64,000 nt of DNA from Cyanophora paradoxa CCMP329. Lineage: Eukaryota; Plantae; Glaucophyta. The first letter of the stretch is position 1. The number at the start of each line of letters is the position of its first letter. The translations under genes were made by a program, and so were the position numbers. The notes under the pieces were generated by a model. It worked only from the letters and a program-made list of their open reading frames with translations, had not been told where the DNA came from and searched no databases. Of the stretch, positions 49,522-60,803 are shown piece after piece. The stretch covers positions 1-64,000 of the forward strand of contig QPMI01000430.1 in the NCBI GenBank assembly GCA_004431415.1. The letters are read 5' to 3'.

Positions 49522-52500
49522 TTAAAGACCAAATGGAATGCTGTGAATGCCGTCGGCTGATATCTTCCGTTTGCTATCGAGTTGGTTTAGAGCGACCCTT
49601 CTGCTCTCCAAGTCATATAAGTTGTGGTCTTGCCTTCGCTTGTTTGTTACTGATACTGTTTTTATGATGCCTTCGAACAGACATCTCTTAAAATCATCAA
49701 AATGAACCTCTTTCGAGGAAGTCCCCGACATCTTTACTCTTTCGTTGGTCTCAGTTCTGAAAGCATAGAGTTTCGATCTCAGACCCACATACTCCATGAT
49801 CTTTGCATTTGGGAACTCATTTTTATATTTACCTGGAACCATGCGGTTTTTGATACTCACGAGAGGATGGGATTTATCGTAATTGCTCCTATCGAGATAC
49901 TCACCTATCTCTTTCATATCTTCGTTCAGATTATTGGTTTTCAGGAAAAGACAGAACGAATCGGTATCGTGGAACAGTAATTTAGCGGTTTCCCACTTCC
50001 TCCTTACCACATCGTAGAAGAACCGATAATTATGCAGCTTCGCGAAATCCAAAACGAAAGCGCCAATTGCTACGGGTTTATCTAAGTTAACATGCTTCGA
50101 ATACATCTCAAAGGCAACTGCGTTTTCGTTTAATACATTGGTCGCCTTGATAAGCGGACTTGCTGCGTATTTCTTACAGAGTTTCTCACTGTTAGCGATC
50201 TTGACAGTTGAGCGACCCCTGCAAGATTCCAAACATTTACCGTAAATTGCATTGTTCATGAGTTTAAAGAAGTCGCTTTCGAAATGGTTAGTAGATTCAT
50301 GCCTGAGAAGAGTATTCAGACCAATGTAAGACTTCATGAATGGGGAAGTAGCGAAAGAGAGAACCTTATTTATTTTCTTGATTTCAACACCCTTCTTAAC
50401 GATGTAATTAAGAAGAGGTCGAGCAATCACGTATTTATTCTTGGGTGTAAATGTCGCTGTAAGTTTGGGGTCTTTGCTGATCTTTTCGCCCGTCAGATCT
50501 AATAGTTTCTGTTGATAATCACCAAGCATCTCATTGGTGATCACTTCTTTATTCACAATCAGTGGGAAATCATAATGTTCTTCAAGCGATGTGGGGTATT
50601 CAAGGTCAACTTCAATAAATGCGCTTCGACCCTCTACCTCTTTAAGTGCCTCTGTGACATCTTCCCATCGATAATCTCCGATAGGTAGTGGTTGGCTGAG
50701 AGCATACCCATAAAGATTATTTGCATCCAACAGAACTATATGATCGTCAGCATTCTCTACCTTTGCGTATCGTGTGGGCATGGTAGCAAATCCACCTCTA
50801 ATGGCTCTCTCAACAAATTCGTATTTCTCTACATCATCGATAAGTTCAATCTTAACTTTCGTATGTTTGAGCATAGCGTCCCAAGAGAGACCTGGTGCGC
50901 TAACATAATGTGCGGGATCCAATCCATATTGAGAAAACGCCAATTTGCGGAATGCTTCAAACTTTCTCATTAAATCGCCCACATCCACAGATTGGAAATC
51001 CATGAAATGGGAAGCATCAATGAACTTCCACATGCCCATTGAAGCGATAGGTATTGATCGAAATTCTTGCTCAGAATCTCAACACGAAGTTTATCGTCTT
51101 GCTGTGCAATCTTGCGGAATATTCCGTGTCCGCATTCATCCATGTGATCCACCACGATAGCTACTTTGGTTTGCTTCGAAATTCGCCGGTGGAGGTTACA
51201 GTTTCGGCATGCCTTTCCGATGAAATCGCCGGATTGGTGGCAATGATCTCGAACCGGGAAGTTTTCGTGGGTGAATCTCTGAGAGCAAATGTAACAGTGT
51301 TTTGTTACCTTGTATTCCGCCTTCTGATCATCTGTGAGTGGATGCATCGGAATATTTCTAAATAGCGTCTCAACGATTTCGGGTCTGATATCTTGGAGAG
51401 TTACAAAGAGAGAACCGAGCGGATCGATTCCCTCGAAATGGTATGCTCTCACTTCGTCTCCCATTACCACTCGCAATGAAACCGCTTTAATCTCACGTTT
51501 ACTCCTCTGAGCATCAATAGCGACCGAATGATCTTCGACTTTAACGTAACAGATCACAGGGAGCCACACAGTTTTACGCAAGTGTTGCAGACCGAATTCA
51601 ATTACGCTTCCCGCTTTTGGGCATTTGCCTTTGCTCTCCCTCCAATCAATGCAGCGATTCGCTTCAACATGCATGTCTAATTTCTCCTGAGTTCTGAAAC
51701 GCGACAAGCAGGTTTCACAGTAGTAAATGCGACCATCACATGCTTTATCAAACGTAGTTTTCAGAAGACGACTAAAAGACATGATAGTAATGTAGTGTCC
51801 CCGATCATCTTCGGTGTTTTCGATAAGTAAAAGATTAATCTTGGTCTTTCTTCTTGGGTTACTTGATTGATGGAGAGGATAGAAACACTCTTTGGCGTTA
51901 TCGGCTCCGTAAATGTTAATAGAGAGTTCGGGGTTCAGTTCTTCGAATCGATCGATTACCTCAGCATCACAGGCAACGGGAAACTGAATACCATCGAAAT
52001 TGAGTTCATTTAACCATCGGCGGTATTGGCTCGGTTCGTTACTCTTGTGTTTATTGATGTCCTTTCGATGCAGGTAAGCCAAAATCGCATACTTGAAGCA
52101 ATCTTGCCCGTCGATATTCTTAACATTCACCGTCGCTTTCTTGGATGCGATCCATTCGGGAGTTGCGAAATAGCATCCTCCCACAGGTGCATAAGACATG
52201 ATAATGCCTCTAAGTATTTCGATCTTCTCTAAACGGTAACTATCCACTTGCGTCATCTCCTCTTGCATTTTCTGTAACGCTTTGCGAACTTCTGTGTCTA
52301 TGTTGCGGGATCGGGTAATTACGAAATAATCGCTGTAAATGAATTTGGTGATATAGATGCGCGGATTACCTACTTTGGTGAATTTGCAAACGAAAGTAAG
52401 ACGGACTTTAACCGCTCTCAGTTGATCTAAGCGGGTTCTAATGCGTTGCGGTAGACTTGGTGCGATTCTTTCGAGGAATTCGATAGCATCCACGACAACT

Positions 52501-52802
52501 TCATTTCGGGCGCGATAGGTCAACCACGAATACGCTTGATTCATTGCTTGACCATCTTCAATGTCCGGGTCAATTGCTCCTAATCTCTGTCCTTCATCCA
52601 TGAACTCCTCCATCCTCTGCATGCGATTGTAGAGGTCATTTGCAATCTCAGTGAGTTGTCCTAATCGCGGTCGTCTATCTAAGATGGCGGCTTCTCTATC
52701 GTATTCCGCTTCGGTGATCTCACCTGTAACTAAGAGAGTTCCTAACAATCCAAGTATTTCATTTTTCTTTTCTTTGATCAGTCTGTTCGTTTGGCGGGGC
52801 AT
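49522..52802 (-). CDS. Protein-primed family B DNA polymerase (1-nt frameshift at ~51040) with endonuclease VII-like insert; exonuclease domain degenerate
   Basis: NVKN..CFKYAIL, C2H2 finger, VRDHCHQSG..CRNCNL, YGLDPAHY.SAPGLSWDAMLK, LDANNLYG, KLMNNAIYGK, HDTDS and GLRSKLY. Confidence 0.93.
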
Positions 52803-52823
52803 CTTTGCTATAAAGGAACATTT

Positions 52824-53132
52824 TTATTTTAGAGTTTGAACGCGTTTTGAAAGTTTATCTTGAAGTCGCTTTCGTGCATGGTTCACATCATGGCGACCCT
52901 GTCCCGCTCTCATTTCCTCGAAATCATTTGCGCACTGGTGGCCTCTTCCATTTTCGCAGTATCTATCTAATTTCTTTCTGAAATGCCTGGGCATCTGATC
53001 ATATTTACATCCTCCTTTCTCCAAGATCAACCGAAGCACTTTTTTTCTTTGCTCTGCATCTGTCAGAACTGGATCAGATCCAAAGCATTCATGATTGAGT
53101 CGGGCGAAATCTTCTTTTGAGAATGTGGTCAT
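52824..53132 (-). CDS. Hypothetical protein, 102 aa
   Basis: ORF with an upstream AAAAAATGAC motif. Confidence 0.6.
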   Translation of the reverse strand: MTTFSKEDFARLNHECFGSDPVLTDAEQRKKVLRLILEKGGCKYDQMPRHFRKKLDRYCENGRGHQCANDFEEMRAGQGRHDVNHARKRLQDKLSKRVQTLK

Positions 53133-53192
53133 TGTGGTGCTCTTGGATCACATCTCTGAAATCGCGTCATTTTTTGTAGGCGCTTGTAGGCA

Positions 53193-53372
53193 GTTAGGCA
53201 CTTCTTAATCGAGAATTAAAAAGAAGTCCCAAATATATCAACTTGTGTTTTTCAAAACGTTGATTTTATTTTTTATAGAGAGTTTCCAGAAAAGGTGCCT
53301 AAGTGCCTAACGTCAATTAAAAGTGCCTAACCTCAATTGAAAAGTGCCTACTTCAATTATTCAAGTGCCTAC
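53193..53372 (+). repeat. Internal near-identical copy of the inner TIR segment 35436-35594 (AAGTGCCTA iterons)
   Basis: About 160 bp match by direct comparison. Confidence 0.92.
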
Positions 53373-53436
53373 TGTCCATTTCCAGTAAGGTATAAAAAAG
53401 AATGTATATAGAAATCAGAATCATAACAGAAGTATT

Positions 53437-55826
53437 TTACTCATCATCATCATCAAACTCAACAACAGTAGGTGTCTTATCAATCTTCTTCACACCCTTG
53501 TAGCCACGATCATAACCAGTTCCAACCTTCTTGCGAACTGCATTCTTGTCATATTTCGCTCCAAGCAAACCCATCACAGTTTTAATGCGATTTGCAGACA
53601 TATTCAGTCTCAGTTGCTTGATCTCTTGCTCAACCATCTTGGAAGTTACAGAGTCGGATGAATTTCGAGTGAATTCGAACACTGATCTGATCAGAGACAT
53701 TTCATCACCTGCATCTTCCCGGAATTCATTAATATCCTCAGCAACCTTCCAGAAACCACGAATTTCTGAGATTTGTAGGCTTCAAACACCATCCATTCGA
53801 ATGCTCTAATTATCTCAGGACTTTTTAGCAGAACACTCTTGATATCTTCCGAAGCCAATCTCACACAAGGAGAGTTCATTTCCTCAACAGTCTTTTGATC
53901 AACGAATTTGTGGGGGTGCTTGAACAATACCATGGTTTGAAGGGTATCAGATGGGGAAATGGGTGGAACATCATTCATGATCATCCACAAACGACTTTGG
54001 AGGCGAATATTGACCTCATTTTCATATAGAACACGCATGCATTGAACATCACCACCAGATTCCTTCTTTTTGATCATTGCACCATTCACCTTAATATTTG
54101 TGTTTGAGACATCGAATTTCATCTCTTGGGTGAATGTCAGACGACGAAATTCACAAGGTTTCATCCACTTTAACTTGGAGGTATCGTTGTCATCTGAGTT
54201 CTTATTCAGCAAGAATGCCTCCCCACTGATGGTGTGCACATATCCACTTCCCCAGGTATTTTCATTGAGATTCACATAAACCCCTTACCACAATTGCGTT
54301 CACCAATTGATAATCCCCACTGTTTATCTTCGTATTTCCCAGCCATTGCACGAGCTGTAAATTCCAGAGCAGAAGAAATCGAATCATTTCCGAAAACGGG
54401 TTCCAGAATCTTGTCGAAAAGGGTTTGAATATCCGAATCAGATGGCTTGATCACATATCCATCTTTGTCAACAAGAAGATCCCTCTCGATTCGAGTGGTA
54501 GAATAGATCTTGTCACATTTGTCCCATGGTGTGAGCTTCTTTGTCTCGAAATCATACACACCATTTCGGTAGCACAATTTTCCAATGGTCGATGACCACA
54601 TAATATCATTGTAGAACACACGATTATTGGGCAGAAATGCTTTGGCTGTCTTGATAATTCGATCTGCCCCAGTAAGATTGGTAGAATATGGCTTCAAGTT
54701 ACCTTTGTCATCCTCCTTGAACATATAGCACTCCATGCACAATTTCAACATTATATTGTAGACCATTGTGGAATCATCAGTCCACAGAAAATCGTCTGTC
54801 TGAGCGAATATACGACCATCAGACATGACCACTCGCCCTCAATCGATTTAACAAATGTGAGAGCAGCTTCACGATCATCCCGAACAATATTAAGAGGAGA
54901 GGATACACTTTTTGAATTTGTTGGAATCGTAAATCCTTGATCCATTGGTTTAATCATCAACTCAATCTTGTAGCCAGTGACATTCTCAATATACTTGGTA
55001 GCATCACAGAGAATATTGTGGAGACGAGTTTCGGGTAATTCAGGGCTTTTTCAACCATGCAACCATCATAAACGAGAACGCCAACTTTTACAGCAAGTGA
55101 GGTTAAATACTGACAAAGCGCAATCAGACATTCATTCTCCAATTTGCAGAGAACCATATTAATGGTTGAACCAAAGATGTTATACTCCTTCTTTCGCTTG
55201 CAAATCAAGAAGAAGTTGTGGTTTTCGGGCATGCTTGCAATTTGAGCGTGAATTCCTGTGATTTCGTTCTTAACTGCTTTGAACTTGGGTGGTTCAGCAG
55301 TTCCTTGTTATCAATTGAGCCCCACCCCGTTTACAACAGAAAGAAACGCTTTCTTGATATCTTCGCGAGAAAGTCCCGATTTCTTGCTTATATCAGCAAT
55401 GATACTATCACGATTGTCGACATAATCAGTAAGACCCTCACAAACGATTTCATTTTTTTCACAATACTGAATGAGAAGTGTGGGATGCGCATTTTTCATA
55501 TCGATATCGTAGTAGAAATCGCGAGCAAGAGTGTGGCGGAATTCTCTGGGCATTCCTTGCATTGATGCTTGCTTCTTCTTGATGTGTTCAAGATTCACGA
55601 AATAACGACCAGTATTATGCTTGCATTGATGATATTTAACTTCAATGCGCCCATCTCGCTTCAAATCCTTGAAATAACGTTGGAGAAGGGTGAGAGTAGC
55701 AGTTGCATCAATATCAGGTCGATACTCCAAAGTCTCGAAATTATCAATCAGGTATTTGAGAGTGGAGCGATCCACCTTCTCAAAGAGAGCGATTTTAAGT
55801 CCGTTCGGTTGCTGAGAGTTGAACAT
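53437..55826 (-). CDS. TVpol-like (family A-related) primase-polymerase fused to a D5/SF3 helicase; several frameshifts
   Basis: GRYF..SMQGMPREFR..YYDIDMKNAHPTLL, ENECL..LVYDGCM, D5-N-like YRNGVYDF and Walker A GERNCGKG. Confidence 0.82.
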
Positions 55827-55875
55827 CTTGGGCTCTTCTTATACTTAATGGAGAAAAGAGTTTCTCCGGATTCCT

Positions 55876-55885
55876 GTCATTTTTT
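55876..55885 (-). promoter_or_regulatory. Putative early promoter AAAAAATGAC (also at 53166-53175, 56338-56347, 62397-62406)
   Basis: Four copies, each 34-90 nt upstream of a non-structural gene and on its coding strand. Confidence 0.55.
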
Positions 55886-56025
55886 GGCGGCTAACCTTTA
55901 AGTGCTTGATATCTCCTCAATTACCAAAAACGGCAATCGGGAGATGGTTACGGATCTATCGAAGAATATCGATAGACCGCTCGAAAAATGAGTAATTGGG
56001 TTCAGCGGTCAAATGGGTGTTTTCC

Positions 56026-56262
56026 TTAATACTTTCGTGGACGTCCCCGCGACTTGTTTTCGATTCCCTCCCGCTCCTTACGACGATAATATGAAGCGAG
56101 CGATTGCGCCTTCTTATACTCCCGATAAACCGGGTCTTCGTTGTAAAGCGTTCGCTTCCTGAGAGCATCTCTCATCTTGTAATTGGCGCGGGTCTCCTCT
56201 TCTTCTTCGCCGAATTCGACAACGCTAATCATGTCTTCGGTTATATGAATTACAGTCGCCAT
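56026..56262 (-). CDS. Small basic protein with an AT-hook-like RGRPRK C-terminus
   Basis: 78-aa ORF with an upstream AAAAAATGAC motif. Confidence 0.55.
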   Translation of the reverse strand: MATVIHITEDMISVVEFGEEEEETRANYKMRDALRKRTLYNEDPVYREYKKAQSLASYYRRKEREGIENKSRGRPRKY

Positions 56263-56470
56263 GTTCCCCTTTATATGTAGTTGAGAAAATGTTTTACCAC
56301 TCTGTATTATGCGTTACGTCTTTAAGTAGTTTATGGTGTCATTTTTTGGTGACCAAAGCCAGTTGGTGTCTACGTTCTTCAATTGCAGATTTAACGGCGT
56401 AAATCTGTCGTTTCGATAGTATGATGGCGTAGATCTTTTCGTATGACATTTGATACCATAACCAAAGATA

Positions 56471-56725
56471 TTATTTATGATCGTTTTGCGCAAACGATCG
56501 GCGACGGACAGTCTCTGTTTCTGTAACGGTGACTGTCTCAGTTGTTATCGAATCTTGTGATTGCCTTCGCCCTCCATCGCTTCCACCATCTGAGAAATCC
56601 ATTTCGAATTTCGTATCGCAGCAATCATTGTGACAATCGGTTATGCAATGCATCTCAAACATCTCAATGATCTTTTTCAGAAACTCCATTGATTCCCTCT
56701 TTAAACAATATATAATTAAAGCCAA
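56471..56725 (-). CDS. Hypothetical protein
   Basis: ORF only. Confidence 0.4.
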   Translation of the reverse strand: MALIIYCLKRESMEFLKKIIEMFEMHCITDCHNDCCDTKFEMDFSDGGSDGGRRQSQDSITTETVTVTETETVRRRSFAQNDHK

Positions 56726-57447
56726 ACTCTCCGCTTGTATGCTGTGGGAGCTACACCTTTGTCGACTTCCGCTTTGGTTGCGCCAGGTTCAACTGTTCCC
56801 TTTTGGGTCTTTGTCTTCAACTCATCTACCGCTTGTTCATCAATTTGAGTCTCCTTCTTACCAATAAACTGCTTATCGGGAAGACCGGTAATACCCATTC
56901 GGAATACTTCTTTGCGCAGCATTTCCTTGATTTTAGCGCGTTCTTTCTTCTCAGTTACATACTGTTCAAGAGCGCTTGATTTCGCTTCCAGATCCTTTAA
57001 TTTAGCGGTCATCTCATCCCATTGCGCTTTCGGGATTCGGTGGATGTTTTGAGTTGGCGCAACCTTGTAAGTAACTTCACCAGCCATCGATTGAATTACC
57101 TTATCGGATTCTTTGGAAACACCTTCACCCTTGCGAGCGAGTGAAAGATCTTTTAGACCAAGTTCACGATCATCGGCAGCACCGATAATCCGGCGCGCAC
57201 CTTCACCGACCGCCTTCATCTTCGAGACTTCCGGCGTAATGTTCAGTTGCTCACTTTGGGAGGTTTGCGGCGCTTTATCACCGGGCGCTTCTTCATACGC
57301 CGCATTTAAGGGGTCTTCTTCCTGTTGCGATGGTTTCACTTCGCTCATTCCGTTGAATTTCATGGGTGTAGTGTTGAGAGATCCGTGACTTTCACCGCCG
57401 GAATATGACATAGCACCAGCGGGAACACCTCTACGTTTCGGCGGCAT
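56716..57447 (-). CDS. Hypothetical protein, 243 aa (charged, coiled-coil)
   Basis: ORF downstream of the ATPase. Confidence 0.65.
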   Translation of the reverse strand: MPPKRRGVPAGAMSYSGGESHGSLNTTPMKFNGMSEVKPSQQEEDPLNAAYEEAPGDKAPQTSQSEQLNITPEVSKMKAVGEGARRIIGAADDRELGLKDLSLARKGEGVSKESDKVIQSMAGEVTYKVAPTQNIHRIPKAQWDEMTAKLKDLEAKSSALEQYVTEKKERAKIKEMLRKEVFRMGITGLPDKQFIGKKETQIDEQAVDELKTKTQKGTVEPGATKAEVDKGVAPTAYKRRVWL

Positions 57448-57475
57448 TGTATATTTATAACATACAGAGATAATT

Positions 57476-58258
57476 TTACAGTCCCCTCTTATATCGCATC
57501 AACTTATTCGTGTGAACAGCGCTTTTAATCTCTTTCGGCGCTTCCTCCTTCTCAGGCGGTTTTAATTCATCTTCTTTCTTTTTAGGTTTGCGATGGAAAC
57601 GCGGGAAATCAAAATCACCAACTAATTCCGCTTTATCAACATAATACCCTACGTTATATTTGAATGACGTATAAACGATAAATTGGTATGAGTGGACATA
57701 CTCTTCAAACATCTTATAGAAATCTTCTTTACGGGGAAACGTAGAATACTCTTCGGCGAAAGCTTCTAATTCTTTCTGATTACTTGCACAAACCATAATT
57801 ACGATATCACAATTACAGCGAATCACACTTGCAACCTTGCGCAGTTTTTGCGAAATGCAGACGAGGGAACAGTTCACATGTCTTGATCTTACGAAAAGCA
57901 TTCCCACTGTTTTGTCTCGTGTTAAATCCAATTGGTCATTTTCAACCATATCTTCTAAAATAATCAGCATATGGTTAAGTTCTTCTCCTCTTTCCTTCTT
58001 TTCTTCACGATCTTTAAGAACCTTAGAAATGTATTTTGCATCCCAGGCGCCCAATTGAACAGTAGCCGCTTTATCCCAGTAATGCGTGAAACTTGTAGCG
58101 GAGATAATTAACGTTGTATCGATCTTTTTCGCATCATGAAGCTGTTTCAAATAATATTTTACCGCCTCAGTTTTCCCGCACGCCGACTTCCCAAGTATCA
58201 ATAATCGGAACGGTGGCTCAATCATTTCAGCGGCATTAAACTCTTCTAAATCCACCAT
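57476..58258 (-). CDS. A32/FtsK-like genome packaging ATPase
   Basis: GKSACGKT, LIILED, RSRHVNCSLVCISQ and IRCN. Confidence 0.92.
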   Translation of the reverse strand: MVDLEEFNAAEMIEPPFRLLILGKSACGKTEAVKYYLKQLHDAKKIDTTLIISATSFTHYWDKAATVQLGAWDAKYISKVLKDREEKKERGEELNHMLIILEDMVENDQLDLTRDKTVGMLFVRSRHVNCSLVCISQKLRKVASVIRCNCDIVIMVCASNQKELEAFAEEYSTFPRKEDFYKMFEEYVHSYQFIVYTSFKYNVGYYVDKAELVGDFDFPRFHRKPKKKEDELKPPEKEEAPKEIKSAVHTNKLMRYKRGL

Positions 58259-58318
58259 GGCGTTGTAGATCTTCTTAATAAAGATAGATAAAAATAACGA
58301 AATGTGACTGATAATGGT

Positions 58319-59716
58319 TTACATATTTATACGCCTTATTCCATCTTTGTCCAAAATTACGAACGAATGCATGAGAGCGCGGACGTTAACAGTAATTGTG
58401 CGATCAGCAGGAAGATACAGAGTGAGGAACGATGAAGACGAGTTCGTAAGGTCAACATATCCAGATTGGGCAATGTTGCGAATCGCCTTCTCACCATCAA
58501 CACAGAATGGAAGACCAGTAAGGACGTAACGGTTTGCTTCCTTGTCCATATTCGAGCATTTGAAGGCATCGGCGATGAGTTCCGCACCTTTAAGTAGCGG
58601 GATTGGCTCAGTTGAATACAGACGCTGTCCGTTAATCTCACAGGTCATCGTGATATCCTTCGCATTCGCAAGCGTTTTAAGGACGCTGTGAGAACCGTTA
58701 GAAGAATCGACACCATCAGCATCACGAACAGAGACAAGAAGAGCATAAACCAGACCAGAGATTTGGCTAAGATTGATTCGGTTGGGTTGAGTGTTACCTT
58801 TCGCAGCAACACCAATAGCATCGACGAAACCGATATCGAGAGCAGGAATAGCCATCCCCGTGGTCTTAACCTTCTCAATAACAGTTGCAAACAGTTCATC
58901 TGAAACGTTGATAGCATGCATGTAGAGACGAGGAGACTTAATGGAGATGTAATGGGTCATTGGTGGAACAGTTCCAGCAACTTCGAACCCAGTAATACCG
59001 CCAGTGGTAATGTTTTGACCGACATTAGCAAGAGTTACACCAGTAGCGCTTCCGAGACCGTCATTTGCGGTTTGATCCGCAGCGGTTGTCACAACTGGAA
59101 GAGCGCGACCGCCATAAGAAGTTTCAAGATATCCCTTGTTAGCTTCTTTGAACCAAACAGTGATTACGGCTTCACCGCTCAGAGCGCCAAGAGGTAGGTA
59201 GTGGTTCAACCACGGCACCGGAATTTCAACGAAGAAAGCGCCACCTTTACGGTTGGTTCCGTGAGCGGGAATTCCATGAAGCATTCCCATTGAACGCTTC
59301 TTTTTCGCCAGCTGATCCTCAGAATAGTAGACCAGTGGGAAAATCGCAAGAAAATCGCTTGGGACGTGGTAGGTATACGATCCATACGAGAATTCAAGAC
59401 GCTCTACAAGCGCACCGATGGGACGGGTGTAACCATTTCGCACCAGGTCGGTATCACCTTCAAAAGCCGTTAGTTCGGGAAGGTCGAAAGCGAGTTCGAT
59501 TTTACCAACAAAGTTGTAGCGGGGAAGTTTGAAAGAAACGCGTTGACCAACGTTGTTGTCATAGGTTGTCGAGGGACTAACGGTTACCAGAACGGGTTTC
59601 GTCTTCGATTCGAGACCAAGCATAAGCGAGTTATCGAGGAAGAACGCTTTGGCTTCCTCGGGCGTTGTTAGCGCCTCTTTCAGAGAAAGACGTTGAAGGG
59701 TCGAGGTAACATCCAT
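58319..59716 (-). CDS. Double jelly-roll major capsid protein
   Basis: 465 aa next to the ATPase; GQRVSFKLPR..IELAFDLPEL..IGALVERLEF resembles DJR/NCLDV-type MCP N-termini; homologue in PLV-1. Confidence 0.82.
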   Translation of the reverse strand: MDVTSTLQRLSLKEALTTPEEAKAFFLDNSLMLGLESKTKPVLVTVSPSTTYDNNVGQRVSFKLPRYNFVGKIELAFDLPELTAFEGDTDLVRNGYTRPIGALVERLEFSYGSYTYHVPSDFLAIFPLVYYSEDQLAKKKRSMGMLHGIPAHGTNRKGGAFFVEIPVPWLNHYLPLGALSGEAVITVWFKEANKGYLETSYGGRALPVVTTAADQTANDGLGSATGVTLANVGQNITTGGITGFEVAGTVPPMTHYISIKSPRLYMHAINVSDELFATVIEKVKTTGMAIPALDIGFVDAIGVAAKGNTQPNRINLSQISGLVYALLVSVRDADGVDSSNGSHSVLKTLANAKDITMTCEINGQRLYSTEPIPLLKGAELIADAFKCSNMDKEANRYVLTGLPFCVDGEKAIRNIAQSGYVDLTNSSSSFLTLYLPADRTITVNVRALMHSFVILDKDGIRRINM

Positions 59717-59770
59717 TCTGTTTTGCTTTTACTATACAAAAATATAAAAATTCTGTGAATGATCCTTAAT

Positions 59771-60775
59771 TTACGCGAATCCCGCAATATTTGGATAGAA
59801 GGGGTGGGTCTCTCTCATTCTCATTTTGAAATACTCATAAATTGGATCACCGGCGGGTTCATCACCATAACGGATTTCGAATGTCAGATGCACAGGTTGA
59901 CCTTCGAAATCAATTAATTCATTTTGAGCATTCACTACATCTACCGAGAGTTGTGATAGTGACATCTTCTTATTATAGTATTTATACAGCGGATTTGCTT
60001 CGGTCGAATTGTAAACAACGTGTTCCGCAAATTCTTTATCTTGAACCATAAGTTTATGGAAGTATCCAGTTAGGAGACCATCGGCACATTGGACGAGGTC
60101 ACCCAGTTCTTTTACTCTCACAAAAAAGACGTTATCTTTGCAGGTTTCAGTGGGGAATGTTGAGATAATACCGTTTACATTTGCACCTGTAAAAACGGAG
60201 CTTGTATCTGTTCCATAGGTCTGTGATTTAATAAACTTGTTTCCCCAGCGTCCAGCATCCAAACCCAAGATTCGAGCATGTCGTAGCGCTTTTTCGATTG
60301 CAGAAACAGAAGGATCTTTTGCATATGAGAAGCAAATATAGAACTCCACAGGAGCATAAAAGATTACTTTTTTTTGGGTTACATCCCAACCACAGCGAAT
60401 TGTAGAAGGAGGCGAGAGATTCTCAAAACGGTTATTGATTCGGGCAACGAGTTGCTGATGAGTATTGATTGGGGTTTTTAGACCTGCACCAGGTCTAATA
60501 GAACGCCAACTATCATATAGAATCTCAGGAGCATTTGCACCGGTGGATGTGGACTTTTGGCTGAAATTGATAATAAAGGCATCCTCTATTGTTGCATCCC
60601 CAGGTTCTGTTTCACCGCTAATGAGTGGGATGGAGTTATAGAATTCAGCGGAGACGAGGCGAACCGCTCTTACATTCTCATACGTCTTTGGAAGATCCGC
60701 AACAAATCGTGATGTTGGAGCATCCAGATTAGGTATTGTTTTGAAGGAAGACACTTCAACGTATTCCACAGGCAT
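59771..60775 (-). CDS. Minor capsid (penton-like) protein 1
   Basis: LPKTYENVRAVRLVSAE..LSQLSVDVVN..IDFEG..LTFEI. Confidence 0.75.
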   Translation of the reverse strand: MPVEYVEVSSFKTIPNLDAPTSRFVADLPKTYENVRAVRLVSAEFYNSIPLISGETEPGDATIEDAFIINFSQKSTSTGANAPEILYDSWRSIRPGAGLKTPINTHQQLVARINNRFENLSPPSTIRCGWDVTQKKVIFYAPVEFYICFSYAKDPSVSAIEKALRHARILGLDAGRWGNKFIKSQTYGTDTSSVFTGANVNGIISTFPTETCKDNVFFVRVKELGDLVQCADGLLTGYFHKLMVQDKEFAEHVVYNSTEANPLYKYYNKKMSLSQLSVDVVNAQNELIDFEGQPVHLTFEIRYGDEPAGDPIYEYFKMRMRETHPFYPNIAGFA

Positions 60776-60803
60776 CTTCTTTTATCTATAACCATATAAT
60801 AAA

